Assembly (NCBI GenBank): GCA_949299015.1
Contig: CASFYT010000002.1
Span: 50,781-114,780 of the forward strand
Length of the DNA: 64,000 nucleotides
Direction of reading: 5' to 3'
From: an uncultured Bacillota bacterium
GTDB taxonomy: Bacteria > Bacillota_I > Bacilli_A > RFN20 > CAG-288
Shown here one piece after another: positions 18,008 through 27,873 of this stretch; the first letter of the stretch is position 1; every line of letters starts with the position of its first letter. The notes below the pieces were generated by a model. It worked only from the letters and a program-made list of their open reading frames with translations. It ran no database searches and was not told the DNA's origin. Both the position numbers and the translations under genes were made by a program.

Positions 18008-18771
18008 GGGCCCTGATCACCGGAGGTTCCTCGGGAATCGGATGGGCGATGGCGGATGAGCTCCTCCGCCGAGGATACGACCTTGTCCTGGTCAGTCGGA
18101 CCGAGGGACGGATCGACGAGCTGAGGAAAAGGCATCCGGAGAGGGAAATCCGCTTCCTCTCGCACGACCTCACTCGACGGGAGGAATGCTTTCTCCTGCT
18201 CCAGGAGACGGAGGGAATCGACTTCGACCTCTTCCTCAACAATGCCGGATATGGCGACATCGGTCGCTTCGACGAGACTTCCCTCGAGAAGGAGATCGAC
18301 ATCGTCGGAATCAATGACGTGGCGACCTTGATCCTGGGAAAGACCTTCCTCCTTCGCTTTCGGAAGAGCGGGCGGGGAAGAATCCTCTTCGTCTCCTCGG
18401 CCGCGAGCTTCGGGCCGGCCCCCTACATGTCCCTCTACTATGCCACGAAGGCCTTCGTCACCTTCCTCGTCCACGGCTACCATCGGGAGCTTCGCGACGA
18501 ACGCAGCGCAGTGACCGTCTCCCTCCTCTGCCCCGGACCCGTCCGGACAGGATTCGAGAAGAGGGCCAACGCCCATTTCACCCTTCCGTCCCTGACGCCG
18601 GAAAAGGTCGCCCGGTATGCGATCCCCCGTTTTCTCAAGGGAAGGCTGGAGATCGTCCCGGGGGCGATGATGAAGGCGGCGCACCTCGTCTCCCACTTCG
18701 TTCCGAAGCGTCTGATTACGATGGCACTCAACAAATCCGCCGAGATTCAAACGAAGGAAGATGCTGCCTGA
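18004..18771 (+). CDS. Short-chain dehydrogenase/reductase (SDR) family oxidoreductase
   Basis: TGGSSGIG cofactor motif and a Y..xK catalytic dyad (YYATK). The likely start is the TTG at 18004, overlapping the psuG stop (TTGA), with GGAGGAAGG 4 nt upstream. The GTG at 17989 is an alternative start. Confidence 0.85.
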   Translation: MRALITGGSSGIGWAMADELLRRGYDLVLVSRTEGRIDELRKRHPEREIRFLSHDLTRREECFLLLQETEGIDFDLFLNNAGYGDIGRFDETSLEKEIDIVGINDVATLILGKTFLLRFRKSGRGRILFVSSAASFGPAPYMSLYYATKAFVTFLVHGYHRELRDERSAVTVSLLCPGPVRTGFEKRANAHFTLPSLTPEKVARYAIPRFLKGRLEIVPGAMMKAAHLVSHFVPKRLITMALNKSAEIQTKEDAA

Positions 18772-18787
18772 TGGCAGCATTTTTTTG
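18761..18787 (+). terminator. Rho-independent terminator after the SDR gene (ATGCTGCC-TGAT-GGCAGCAT followed by T7)
   Basis: The stop codon lies in the loop. A perfect 8-bp stem and U-tract are present. Confidence 0.8.
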
Positions 18788-18866
18788 GCAATCGGAGGAA
18801 AAATCGATAAAAATCGGGTTATTTTTCATTGATGCAGACAAGGATGAACGGGTTTCAAAAAAAGAT

Positions 18867-18893
18867 TTAGCACTGATATGTTGAAATTGCTAA
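18867..18893 (+). promoter_or_regulatory. CIRCE-like HrcA operator (TTAGCACTG-N9-AATTGCTAA) in front of groES
   Basis: 27-nt inverted repeat matching the CIRCE consensus TTAGCACTC-N9-GAGTGCTAA. The left arm matches 8/9 and the right arm 6/9. Confidence 0.6.
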
Positions 18894-18909
18894 CTTTCGG
18901 GCTATAATA
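18881..18909 (+). promoter_or_regulatory. groESL promoter (-35 TTGAAA 18881-86, -10 TATAAT 18904-09, 17-nt spacer)
   Basis: Near-consensus hexamers. The -35 lies inside the CIRCE right half. Confidence 0.55.
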
Positions 18910-18951
18910 ATGTCAGTCCTGCGAAAGCGGACCCAGAATCGGAGGTGACTT

Positions 18952-19233
18952 ATGATCAAGCCTTTAAGAGATTACGTCGTGTTGGAGAAGGTTCCCGAAG
19001 AGAAGAAGATCGGTGGAATCATCATCGCGACCAGCCATGAGAACGAGTCGGCTGTTGCCAACGTCATCGCTGTCGGCCCCGGATATACCAACGAGGAAGG
19101 ACACGAGATCAAGGTTCAGGCCCACGTCGGTGACCGTGTCATTTATAAGAAATATTCCACGACGGACTATGAAGAAGCCGGAAAGAAGTTCATGCTGATT
19201 CAGGATAAGGACATCCTGGCTGTTGTTGAGTAA
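18952..19233 (+). CDS. groES: Co-chaperonin GroES
   Basis: 93 aa, MIKPLRDYVVLEK...GGIII... signature. RBS GGAGGTGA. Confidence 0.96.
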   Translation: MIKPLRDYVVLEKVPEEKKIGGIIIATSHENESAVANVIAVGPGYTNEEGHEIKVQAHVGDRVIYKKYSTTDYEEAGKKFMLIQDKDILAVVE

Positions 19234-19252
19234 GTTTGAGGAAAAGAGGTAA

Positions 19253-20881
<1,629 letters not shown>

Positions 20882-20900
20882 TCCCTGACAGGAAGAACGA

Positions 20901-20937
20901 AAGGCTGTCCGGAATTTCACCGGGCAGCCTTTTTTCG
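20901..20937 (+). terminator. Rho-independent terminator after groEL
   Basis: AAGGCTGTCCGG...CCGGGCAGCCTT stem with one G-U pair, followed by TTTTTCG. Confidence 0.75.
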
Positions 20938-20940
20938 TGT

Positions 20941-20972
20941 TCTGAAAAAAAGAGAAGGTTTTTCCCTTCTCT
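20941..20972 (-). terminator. Rho-independent terminator after the pfk gene (minus strand)
   Basis: On the minus strand: GAGAAGG-GAAAAA-CCTTCTC followed by T7. It is convergent with the groEL terminator. Confidence 0.7.
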
Positions 20973-20977
20973 CGTCA

Positions 20978-22084
20978 TCATTCGAAGACCAGGTCGCCGT
21001 ATTCCTTGGCGAAGGAGGGCTGGATCTGGAAGCGGGTGGGATCGAGATGACGCCCATCGAGGCTTCGCAGATGGCCGGCGACGTCGGAGAGCGGTTCGAG
21101 GTGATATCGGAAGGTCCCCCTCGTCGTGGAGTCGATGCCGATCATGAATCCCGAGCGTTCCTTGCTCTCCCCTGCGGCGGCCTCCCCGCAGGCAAAGGCA
21201 TCCTCCTGATCCTGTCGGGAAGGGAGGTAGAAGGCGGCGCGCTGGGGGATGGAGAGCTCGATGGCCCTCGTCTTGCATCCCGCCTTCCGGAAACGTTCGG
21301 CGAAGAGGGCGGCGATGCCGCCGAGCTGGGGATTACCGAAGCTGTCCCGGTGTTCGGTGGCGGTATAGAGCCTTCCGTTCTCGTCCCGGATGCCTTCGGC
21401 GAGGACGACGTTGCAGCGCCCCTTCTTCCCGTAGCAGGAAAGGACGGCTTCCTGGAGGCGTTCAAAGGCGAAGGGAACCTCGGGAACGAGGATGAAGTCC
21501 GGCTTTTCCCAGGGGGAGAGCGAAGCGCTCGCGGCGAGGGAACCGTTGTCCCTCCCCATCGTCTCGATGACGTTGACCCTTCCCTTTTCGTAGGAAAGGT
21601 CGTCCTGGAGGATGGCGGCTGTCGTCAGGGCGACGTAGCGGGCAGCAGAGAGGAAGCCGGGGGTTCGGACGGTTCCGACGAGATCGTTGTCAACGGTCTT
21701 CGGAATGGCGACGACCTTGGTCCTTCGCCCTTGGAGGGCGCAGGCGAGGCGAAGGGCGCTGTCCATCGTGTCGTTGCCGCCGTTGGGAAGCAGGGCGTCG
21801 ATCTCGTTCTCCTCGAGCGTCTTCTGAATCGGGAGAAGGAATTCGGGATTCTTCTTCAAACTGATGCGGGCGGAACCGAAATAGGCGCCGGGACGTTCCC
21901 GGAGGAAGGAATAGTCCTTGTCCAAGTCGATTTTCTGCAGTCTTCCTTCGATCAGGCCCTTCAGGCCGAAGGGTGAGACGAAGAGTTCCAGTCCTTCCTT
22001 TCGCGCCCGATCCAGGACGCCGAGGAAGGAAACGTTGATGACGGCGGTCGGACCGCCGCCCTGGAAGTAGACGACTCTTCTCAT
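20978..22084 (-). CDS. pfk: 6-phosphofructokinase family protein; sequence signatures suggest a PPi-dependent type
   Basis: Segments FQGGGPTAVINVSF, GGND(T), IPKTVDNDL and MGRDNGSLA align with the PFK motifs GGDGS, PGTIDND and MGR. RBS GGAGGA lies 7 nt before the ATG. The ATG overlaps the upstream stop (ATGA). Confidence 0.85.
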   Translation of the reverse strand: MRRVVYFQGGGPTAVINVSFLGVLDRARKEGLELFVSPFGLKGLIEGRLQKIDLDKDYSFLRERPGAYFGSARISLKKNPEFLLPIQKTLEENEIDALLPNGGNDTMDSALRLACALQGRRTKVVAIPKTVDNDLVGTVRTPGFLSAARYVALTTAAILQDDLSYEKGRVNVIETMGRDNGSLAASASLSPWEKPDFILVPEVPFAFERLQEAVLSCYGKKGRCNVVLAEGIRDENGRLYTATEHRDSFGNPQLGGIAALFAERFRKAGCKTRAIELSIPQRAAFYLPSRQDQEDAFACGEAAAGESKERSGFMIGIDSTTRGTFRYHLEPLSDVAGHLRSLDGRHLDPTRFQIQPSFAKEYGDLVFE

Positions 22085-25000
22085 TCGCAGTCCTCCATGT
22101 CCGCCTTGGCCATCTCCAGGACATGGATCTCCTGGTCCATGATGAAGCGCAGCCGATGGAGTTCCTCCCTTTCGAAACGCTTCTGCCTTTGGATGCGGTC
22201 GAAGCCATAGAGGCAGAGAAGGGTGGTCATGAGCCCGATTCCGGTCATGGCCAGCCCCAAGGTCAGGAAGGGGGATTCGTATTCCAGGGAGTAGCGGTGT
22301 TCGCCGGCATCGGCGACGAAGCCGATGAATCCGCCATGGGCCTTGTAGGTCTCGATTTCTTCCTTGACGTCGTTGCCGTCCTTGTCCTCGCTCCATTCGT
22401 AGAGCTTCCATCCCGCCTGGCGAGGATAGTTGAGGACGACGAACTTCCGCTTGGAATAGTCGGTCGTGAAGAAGACGTTGTCGTCGTCGCGCGACGTGAT
22501 CTCGACCGGCTCTTGTCGAAGCGCATCGATCGCCTCCTGATAGTCCTTGTTGCGGATGACGTAGATCTCGGGCCGATCGATGGTGACAGGATTGTCCTTC
22601 GTTCCGTCGAGGATGACGCCGACGATGGTCTTGACCGGCCGGTCGACGTAATATCCGTGGGCGTTCTGATAGTCGGAATAGGAATGCTGGGCGATCGAGA
22701 TGAGCTTTCCTTCCTCGTCGAAGAGGCGCCAGGAGATGTTGTTGCTCGAGTCGATGGAGAGGTAGGCGCCGGTCTCGGGCTTGCTCGGATCGGCTTCCGG
22801 GACGAGGCAGACGCTCTCGCCTGCGTTCTCGAAGGTCAGGACCAGCTTGGAATTGTAGAGGACTTCCCTCGTATAGGCTTCGGAAGTGTTTCCCTGCTCG
22901 TCGCGCAGGGTGTCGTAGTCGTATTGGCTGTCGGCAGGGCCGATGCCGTTGGCGGCCAGGAAGGGATGCGCGGCGTCGTACTCCTCCCTTCCCTCATTGT
23001 CGTAGGGATCGTCGGGATTCATGTAGGCGTATTCGCCGTCCGGATTGCTTGCCGTCGCCGGCCAGTTGGCGGCGTAGACTTCGACGTGGACGCGCGTCGA
23101 GCCGGCATAGCGCTCGATCGGAGCCGAGACGCCCTCCCGATAGTTGGAAGTGATCATGCTGCTGTAGAAGGTGGAGGAGGGGTTGGCGTTGTCTTCGGAG
23201 ATCGTCTTCTCCTGTCCGTTGACGACGTAGGTGCCGGCGTTGAAGAGGTTGTGCTCCCGGAAATCGAGGAAGTCTTCGTTGTCCAGCATGCCGTAACGGA
23301 GCAGGGGATATTCGTTGACGTCTTCGTATCGTCCCCAGTAATACTCTCCTTCGGAGTTCTGTCCGGTGGAAAGCCAGGCGGTGTTGATGACGGTGTCGAA
23401 GGGGAATGCGAAGTCGACGAAGTTGAGGTTGACGTAGAGGGATTTGTCGCATTCGTCGCTGGCCAAGAAGTTGAGCAGTTCCTCGGAATAGTCGACTCCA
23501 AGGTCCTTCTTCTCCTCCTCGGTCAGGGAGAGGACGTTCACATAGCCGTAGGGGATGTCGTAGTCGGAGAAGGGGACTTCGTTGGGACCGTAGTCGAGAT
23601 CGACCTTGGGGACAAGGTAGTACTTCGTTCCGAGGAAGGTCTCCATGTTCTCGCGACGGTTGTGCATGCCCATGGACCAGTTTCCGCTGGTGTAGGGGAT
23701 GTGCGATCGATCGATGAAGTCCTGCGCCTCGAAGGCGTAGACGGAATGGAAGGAACCCAATCCGTTGTATCCGATGCGCATCGATATGTTGATGTTGTTG
23801 CGGTCCGCCGTGGGAGAGAAGAGGCGATAGAAGTCGTTTCCCTCGCTCTCCTTGAGCAAGGACACGATCTTCGTCTCCTCGGCAATGTTGGCCGGTCCGC
23901 CCGCCATCGTATCGAGGTCGGCCGTTCCCTGGAAGATGATGGTGACGTTCGCCATGACGACGATGTCGATGGAGCACAGGGCGACCATCACCTTGGAAAG
24001 GCGGGCCTTGTGGAAGAGCGGACGCATGCAGAGGTAGCAGACGAAGACCCAGGCCATCGACAGGGGGATTTCGATCATCTTCAGATCCCAATAGGTCGAA
24101 GAGGGAAAATAGCTCGGGTTGTTGTTGACGGCATAGACGATGAGGAAGCCGCAGATGGCATCCAGGATCATGACGAAGGCGAAGGAGAGGTCGAGGGTAG
24201 AACGGGGAATGGAACGTCGGTTCTGCAGGGTGAGGATGTCGAAGACGATCATCCAGCTCGTCGGAATGATGAAGTAGCGGGCGTAGGCGACGGTGAAGCC
24301 GGAGAAGAGGTAGAAGCCGATCGGAGTAAAGATCAGGAAGAGGGTCAGGAACATTCCGACCATGTGGGAGAACTTCCTCTGCCGAATCGAATTGATCAGG
24401 CCGACGAAGAAGAGAAGGAGCAGTGGCGTCGTCGCATAGAGGGAGGAAGCCATGTTGTCGTACCATGAGACGTTGAGGAGGTTGGAGTAGTAGCAGTTGT
24501 CGGGCATGAACAGGAAGTTGAGCAATGGCGTGATCTGGTTATGCGCCATCGTGGAAGGATAGGTGAAGAAGTTTTCGATGAACTCTCCGAGAGATTGACT
24601 GTTGAGCAGGGTGTCGAGATAGCTGTCGCCCGAGGAGACGCGCGGCATGGAAATGGCCATGTACATACCTGGCAGGAGCGTGATTCCGGAGAGGAAGATG
24701 CCGATGACGAAGGAGAAGACGCCGACGCCGATCGTCGACCACTGTTCCTCAAAAGACCGCTTCTTCATCGTCTGGAAGAACCGGAAGATGGCATAGAGGA
24801 AGGCGCCGATCATGAAGACGACAAAGAAAAAGTAGCTTGTCAGCGCATTGAGAAGGAAGCCGACAAGAAGGATTCTCGGGTCGCGGTCGCGCAGAATCCT
24901 TTCGATGCCGAGGAACGTCAACGGAAGGAAGGCGACCGAATCGATGAAATGGAACCACAGGTAGCCGAAGCAATATCCGCAAAAACCGTAGCACAATGCA

Positions 25001-25497
25001 CCAATTCTTCTGTTCTTATCGGAAACGTCAAAAGAAGAAAGATACCAGTAGAAAAGCATTCCAGAGATGACAAGCTTCGGAACGAACATGAATCCTTGGA
25101 CATAAATCAACCAATCTCGAGGAAAGAGGAGCATGATGAGGAAGAAAGGATCGAAGAGATAGTAGAAGGAATTGCCTCCGATGTTGTCGATGCCCAGGAA
25201 AGCGGAGCGATCCCAGAAGGGAAAGTCCCCCGTCTGGAAGAAATGGTGCCAATCGTCGTATCCGTTATAGATGAAGGTCATCTCCTGGAGCGTATAGTCG
25301 CCACCCAGGGGGACGGTCAGCTGATTGCGGATCCAGCTGTAGATGAAGCAGCAAATCCCGACGATGACAAGACAGTAGAACGTCTTGAGCCTTTCGGAAG
25401 GATGAAGGATTTTGTCCTTGAGACGTTCTGCAAGAGGATCCACGCGATGATGGAGGGCCATCTGAAGCCGCGAGCTGATTTCCAAGACTTTTTCCAT
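22081..25497 (-). CDS. YfhO-family polytopic membrane protein (putative lipid-linked-sugar-dependent glycosyltransferase), 1138 aa
   Basis: An N-terminal block of about 13 TM helices, a large extracytoplasmic Tyr/Asp-rich domain and a single C-terminal TM (FLTLGLAMTGIGLMTTLLCLYGF) give the architecture typical of the YfhO family. RBS AGGAAA precedes the ATG. Confidence 0.75.
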   Translation of the reverse strand: MEKVLEISSRLQMALHHRVDPLAERLKDKILHPSERLKTFYCLVIVGICCFIYSWIRNQLTVPLGGDYTLQEMTFIYNGYDDWHHFFQTGDFPFWDRSAFLGIDNIGGNSFYYLFDPFFLIMLLFPRDWLIYVQGFMFVPKLVISGMLFYWYLSSFDVSDKNRRIGALCYGFCGYCFGYLWFHFIDSVAFLPLTFLGIERILRDRDPRILLVGFLLNALTSYFFFVVFMIGAFLYAIFRFFQTMKKRSFEEQWSTIGVGVFSFVIGIFLSGITLLPGMYMAISMPRVSSGDSYLDTLLNSQSLGEFIENFFTYPSTMAHNQITPLLNFLFMPDNCYYSNLLNVSWYDNMASSLYATTPLLLLFFVGLINSIRQRKFSHMVGMFLTLFLIFTPIGFYLFSGFTVAYARYFIIPTSWMIVFDILTLQNRRSIPRSTLDLSFAFVMILDAICGFLIVYAVNNNPSYFPSSTYWDLKMIEIPLSMAWVFVCYLCMRPLFHKARLSKVMVALCSIDIVVMANVTIIFQGTADLDTMAGGPANIAEETKIVSLLKESEGNDFYRLFSPTADRNNINISMRIGYNGLGSFHSVYAFEAQDFIDRSHIPYTSGNWSMGMHNRRENMETFLGTKYYLVPKVDLDYGPNEVPFSDYDIPYGYVNVLSLTEEEKKDLGVDYSEELLNFLASDECDKSLYVNLNFVDFAFPFDTVINTAWLSTGQNSEGEYYWGRYEDVNEYPLLRYGMLDNEDFLDFREHNLFNAGTYVVNGQEKTISEDNANPSSTFYSSMITSNYREGVSAPIERYAGSTRVHVEVYAANWPATASNPDGEYAYMNPDDPYDNEGREEYDAAHPFLAANGIGPADSQYDYDTLRDEQGNTSEAYTREVLYNSKLVLTFENAGESVCLVPEADPSKPETGAYLSIDSSNNISWRLFDEEGKLISIAQHSYSDYQNAHGYYVDRPVKTIVGVILDGTKDNPVTIDRPEIYVIRNKDYQEAIDALRQEPVEITSRDDDNVFFTTDYSKRKFVVLNYPRQAGWKLYEWSEDKDGNDVKEEIETYKAHGGFIGFVADAGEHRYSLEYESPFLTLGLAMTGIGLMTTLLCLYGFDRIQRQKRFEREELHRLRFIMDQEIHVLEMAKADMEDCE

Positions 25498-25608
25498 GTT
25501 GATTTCCTAGCTATCTTTATATCATCCTCCGCCCCTCTTTTCTACTTCCCCAACGAGAAAAGCGGGCCGAAGTCCTATCTTGGAGCTCTCCTTTGCTATA
25601 CTAATGGC

Positions 25609-27003
25609 ATGACGTTCCTTTCCTTTTCGACGCAACTGAGACGCTATGTCTCCTCGTCCTTCTTTATCGTGACTTTGGCCTTCCTCTCGTTCCTCATCTG
25701 GTTTTTGCCCGATCCTTACCTCTGGATTCCGGCCGCCTTTTTCATGGTCTTCTGCTTCCTTCCTCTCCTGGCCTTCGATGGGCGAGCCTATATCCCCCTC
25801 ATGTTCTTTCTGGCCATCTCCGATCGCGTCCCGATCGGAATCGGAGCCATTCCGATCTATCTTTTTGCTGTCGGCGGCTGCATCTTCCTCTCCCTGGTCC
25901 TCTTTCTGGTCTTCCGCCGCCTGCCCCTGCGAAAGGGAGAACTGACCATACCTCTCTTTTTCCTTTTCCTTGTCTTTGTCGTCTCCTACTTCATCAATGC
26001 CGTTCGCCTTCAGGAAGCCGAAGGGACAGGAATTTTCTTTATATTATTTTTCTTTGTTTTTCTTCTTATCTATGTATTGTTCAACACAATCCTGACAAGG
26101 GAAGATACCAATCTTTATTTCGCACAGAACGTGGCTGTTTTTGCAACCCTGATTGCTCTCGAAGTGTTCGTGGATTTCTGGTTGAATTCCAGGGTTGTCG
26201 GCGATGTCGGATTCAACCTGGGATGGTCTTATACGAGCCAGACGGCCAGCACCCTTCTCTCCCTTTCCCTTCCCTTCTTCACGATGCTGGTTTCCCGCAA
26301 GAGATATGTCGCCATTCCCTTCGAGGTCTTTGTCCTTTCGGCCATCGTGATCCTATCGGTGGATTCCTCGCTTCTCGCCGTGATCCTCTTTCTTCTTCCT
26401 CTCCTGCTTCTGGGTTTTCGTCCCTATGGTCGTGCCTATCCCTATCTCGCCATTTCGGCCATCGCTGGATTCGGTGTCCTCTTCGTCTGCCTGATGGTCT
26501 TCGTCCCCGCGTTCCAAAGCCGCGTCCTGACGGCCTTCGCCAGCCTCAACTTCGGGCAGACGCGTCCGGAATACCGTCAGGAACTCTTCCAAAAGGCCAT
26601 CGACGGCTTCCTCCGATATCCGACCTTCGGGCCCTCGATTTCCTCGATGGTCTCGCCGGACAAGGTCGTCCTGCTCTCTTCCAATACCGTTCTTTCGACG
26701 CTCTCGATGGGAGGGGCCTTCGGCCTGCTTGCCTTTGCCGTCTATGAGTTCCTTCTCTACTATACGTCGCTTCGCAAGACCTCGGATTGTCGTTGGCTGT
26801 TCCTTGTCTTCCTTCTGGAACTGGAGTTCATCGGCCTGATCGACAATACGATCTACAACCTCCTGATCTTCCTTTTCCTTCTCTTGGCCTATTCCTGCTA
26901 TCAGATTTCCGATCGCCAGGATGACGTCCTCATCCACGACGTCTTCCTTCGTTTCTCGAGGGAGGACCAGGAGAAGAACCTATCGGACATGTCGAACTGG
27001 TAA
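25609..27003 (+). CDS. Second Wzy_C/O-antigen-ligase-like polytopic membrane protein (464 aa)
   Basis: About 10-12 TM helices. The ...SSNTVLSTLSMGGAFGLL... segment is paralogous to the Wzy_C segment of the 11133-12629 protein. The start is the first ATG after the divergent region; no SD is present. Confidence 0.65.
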   Translation: MTFLSFSTQLRRYVSSSFFIVTLAFLSFLIWFLPDPYLWIPAAFFMVFCFLPLLAFDGRAYIPLMFFLAISDRVPIGIGAIPIYLFAVGGCIFLSLVLFLVFRRLPLRKGELTIPLFFLFLVFVVSYFINAVRLQEAEGTGIFFILFFFVFLLIYVLFNTILTREDTNLYFAQNVAVFATLIALEVFVDFWLNSRVVGDVGFNLGWSYTSQTASTLLSLSLPFFTMLVSRKRYVAIPFEVFVLSAIVILSVDSSLLAVILFLLPLLLLGFRPYGRAYPYLAISAIAGFGVLFVCLMVFVPAFQSRVLTAFASLNFGQTRPEYRQELFQKAIDGFLRYPTFGPSISSMVSPDKVVLLSSNTVLSTLSMGGAFGLLAFAVYEFLLYYTSLRKTSDCRWLFLVFLLELEFIGLIDNTIYNLLIFLFLLLAYSCYQISDRQDDVLIHDVFLRFSREDQEKNLSDMSNW

Positions 27004-27025
27004 AACAGTTAGGAAAGGAGAACGT

Positions 27026-27280
27026 ATGGTTGCTGCAAGCCTGGCCTTTGGAATCATGTCCATCTTCTTCTCCTCCTGTGGCCTTCTCTATCCTTCCCTC
27101 ATCAGCCTCGCCTTTGCTCTTTTCGGTTTGATCCCCGGGGTGGTTGCGGTGGTCGTCGGATGGAAGAACAAGTTCGAACCGATTGCGACGGCGGGGTTCA
27201 TCACGGGTGCCGTCGGCGTTTTCGTCGGAGTCCTGTCCATCCTGATAAGCACGATCTTCGTGGCCGCCGGGATGGCCTAG
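27026..27280 (+). CDS. Small membrane protein (84 aa, two TM helices, Gly/Val-rich)
   Basis: RBS AAAGGAGAA 5 nt before the ATG. Two hydrophobic helices are present. Confidence 0.6.
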   Translation: MVAASLAFGIMSIFFSSCGLLYPSLISLAFALFGLIPGVVAVVVGWKNKFEPIATAGFITGAVGVFVGVLSILISTIFVAAGMA

Positions 27281-27307
27281 AAGGCCGGTTTCTTCCGACG
27301 TTCCCTC

Positions 27308-27331
27308 GACAGGAGAAATCCTGTCTTTTTT
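27308..27331 (+). terminator. Rho-independent terminator (GACAGGA-GAAAT-CCTGTC followed by T6)
   Basis: Stem-loop and U-tract read from the sequence. Confidence 0.7.
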
Positions 27332-27391
27332 GTGAAACGAGCGAAGAAAGGAGGAAACGACGTCGAAAACCTCCTTCCTTGCAAAAAAGTC

Positions 27392-27430
27392 TTGCAAAAG
27401 GAAAGGCGAAGTCGATAATAGTTAATGTAA
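27392..27430 (+). promoter_or_regulatory. feoAB promoter (-35 TTGCAA 27392-97, -10 GATAAT 27414-19) with an overlapping weak Fur-box-like GATAATAGTTAATG
   Basis: Hexamers with a 16-nt spacer. The GATAAT-containing dyad partly resembles the Fur 7-1-7 consensus (about 10/15 positions). Confidence 0.35.
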
Positions 27431-27450
27431 GGTAACAACGGAGGCGCACC

Positions 27451-27873
27451 ATGCTTTTGACACAAGCCTGTCCACGGGAAGAACTGCGGATCGTGGACAT
27501 ACACACGGATTACCGGCACAAGAGACACCTGGAGAACCTCTCCCTTCTCAAGGGAGAGAAGGTCACCTGTCTCTACAATCGCTCGGGAGACGTCGTCATC
27601 AAGGTGAAGGACGGAAGGATTGCCATCAATCGGGAGTTTGCCTGCGACATCGCGGTGGAACCGCTCGACGAAAAGTCCTTCGTCTGGGATTCGAGGAAGA
27701 CGGGATTTGGTAAGAAGGCGAAGATCGTCGAATTCCGACGTCCGACGGAAGAGGCGAAGGCTCTCTTCCGCAAGGAAGACGAAGAGATTCGCCTGGTCGA
27801 GAAGGAGGCGAAGAGGAAGCTGAAGGAGATTCGAAAGGCTCGAAAGCAGCAGAAAAGAGAGGAACACAAATGA
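27451..27873 (+). CDS. feoA: FeoA-domain protein with a Lys/Glu-rich C-terminal extension (140 aa)
   Basis: The first 75 residues or so (RIVDI...LGEKVTCLYNRSGDVVIKVKDGRIAINREFA) fit the FeoA SH3-like domain; a charged K/E-rich tail follows. RBS ACGGAGG. The stop overlaps the feoB ATG (ATGA). Confidence 0.8.
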   Translation: MLLTQACPREELRIVDIHTDYRHKRHLENLSLLKGEKVTCLYNRSGDVVIKVKDGRIAINREFACDIAVEPLDEKSFVWDSRKTGFGKKAKIVEFRRPTEEAKALFRKEDEEIRLVEKEAKRKLKEIRKARKQQKREEHK

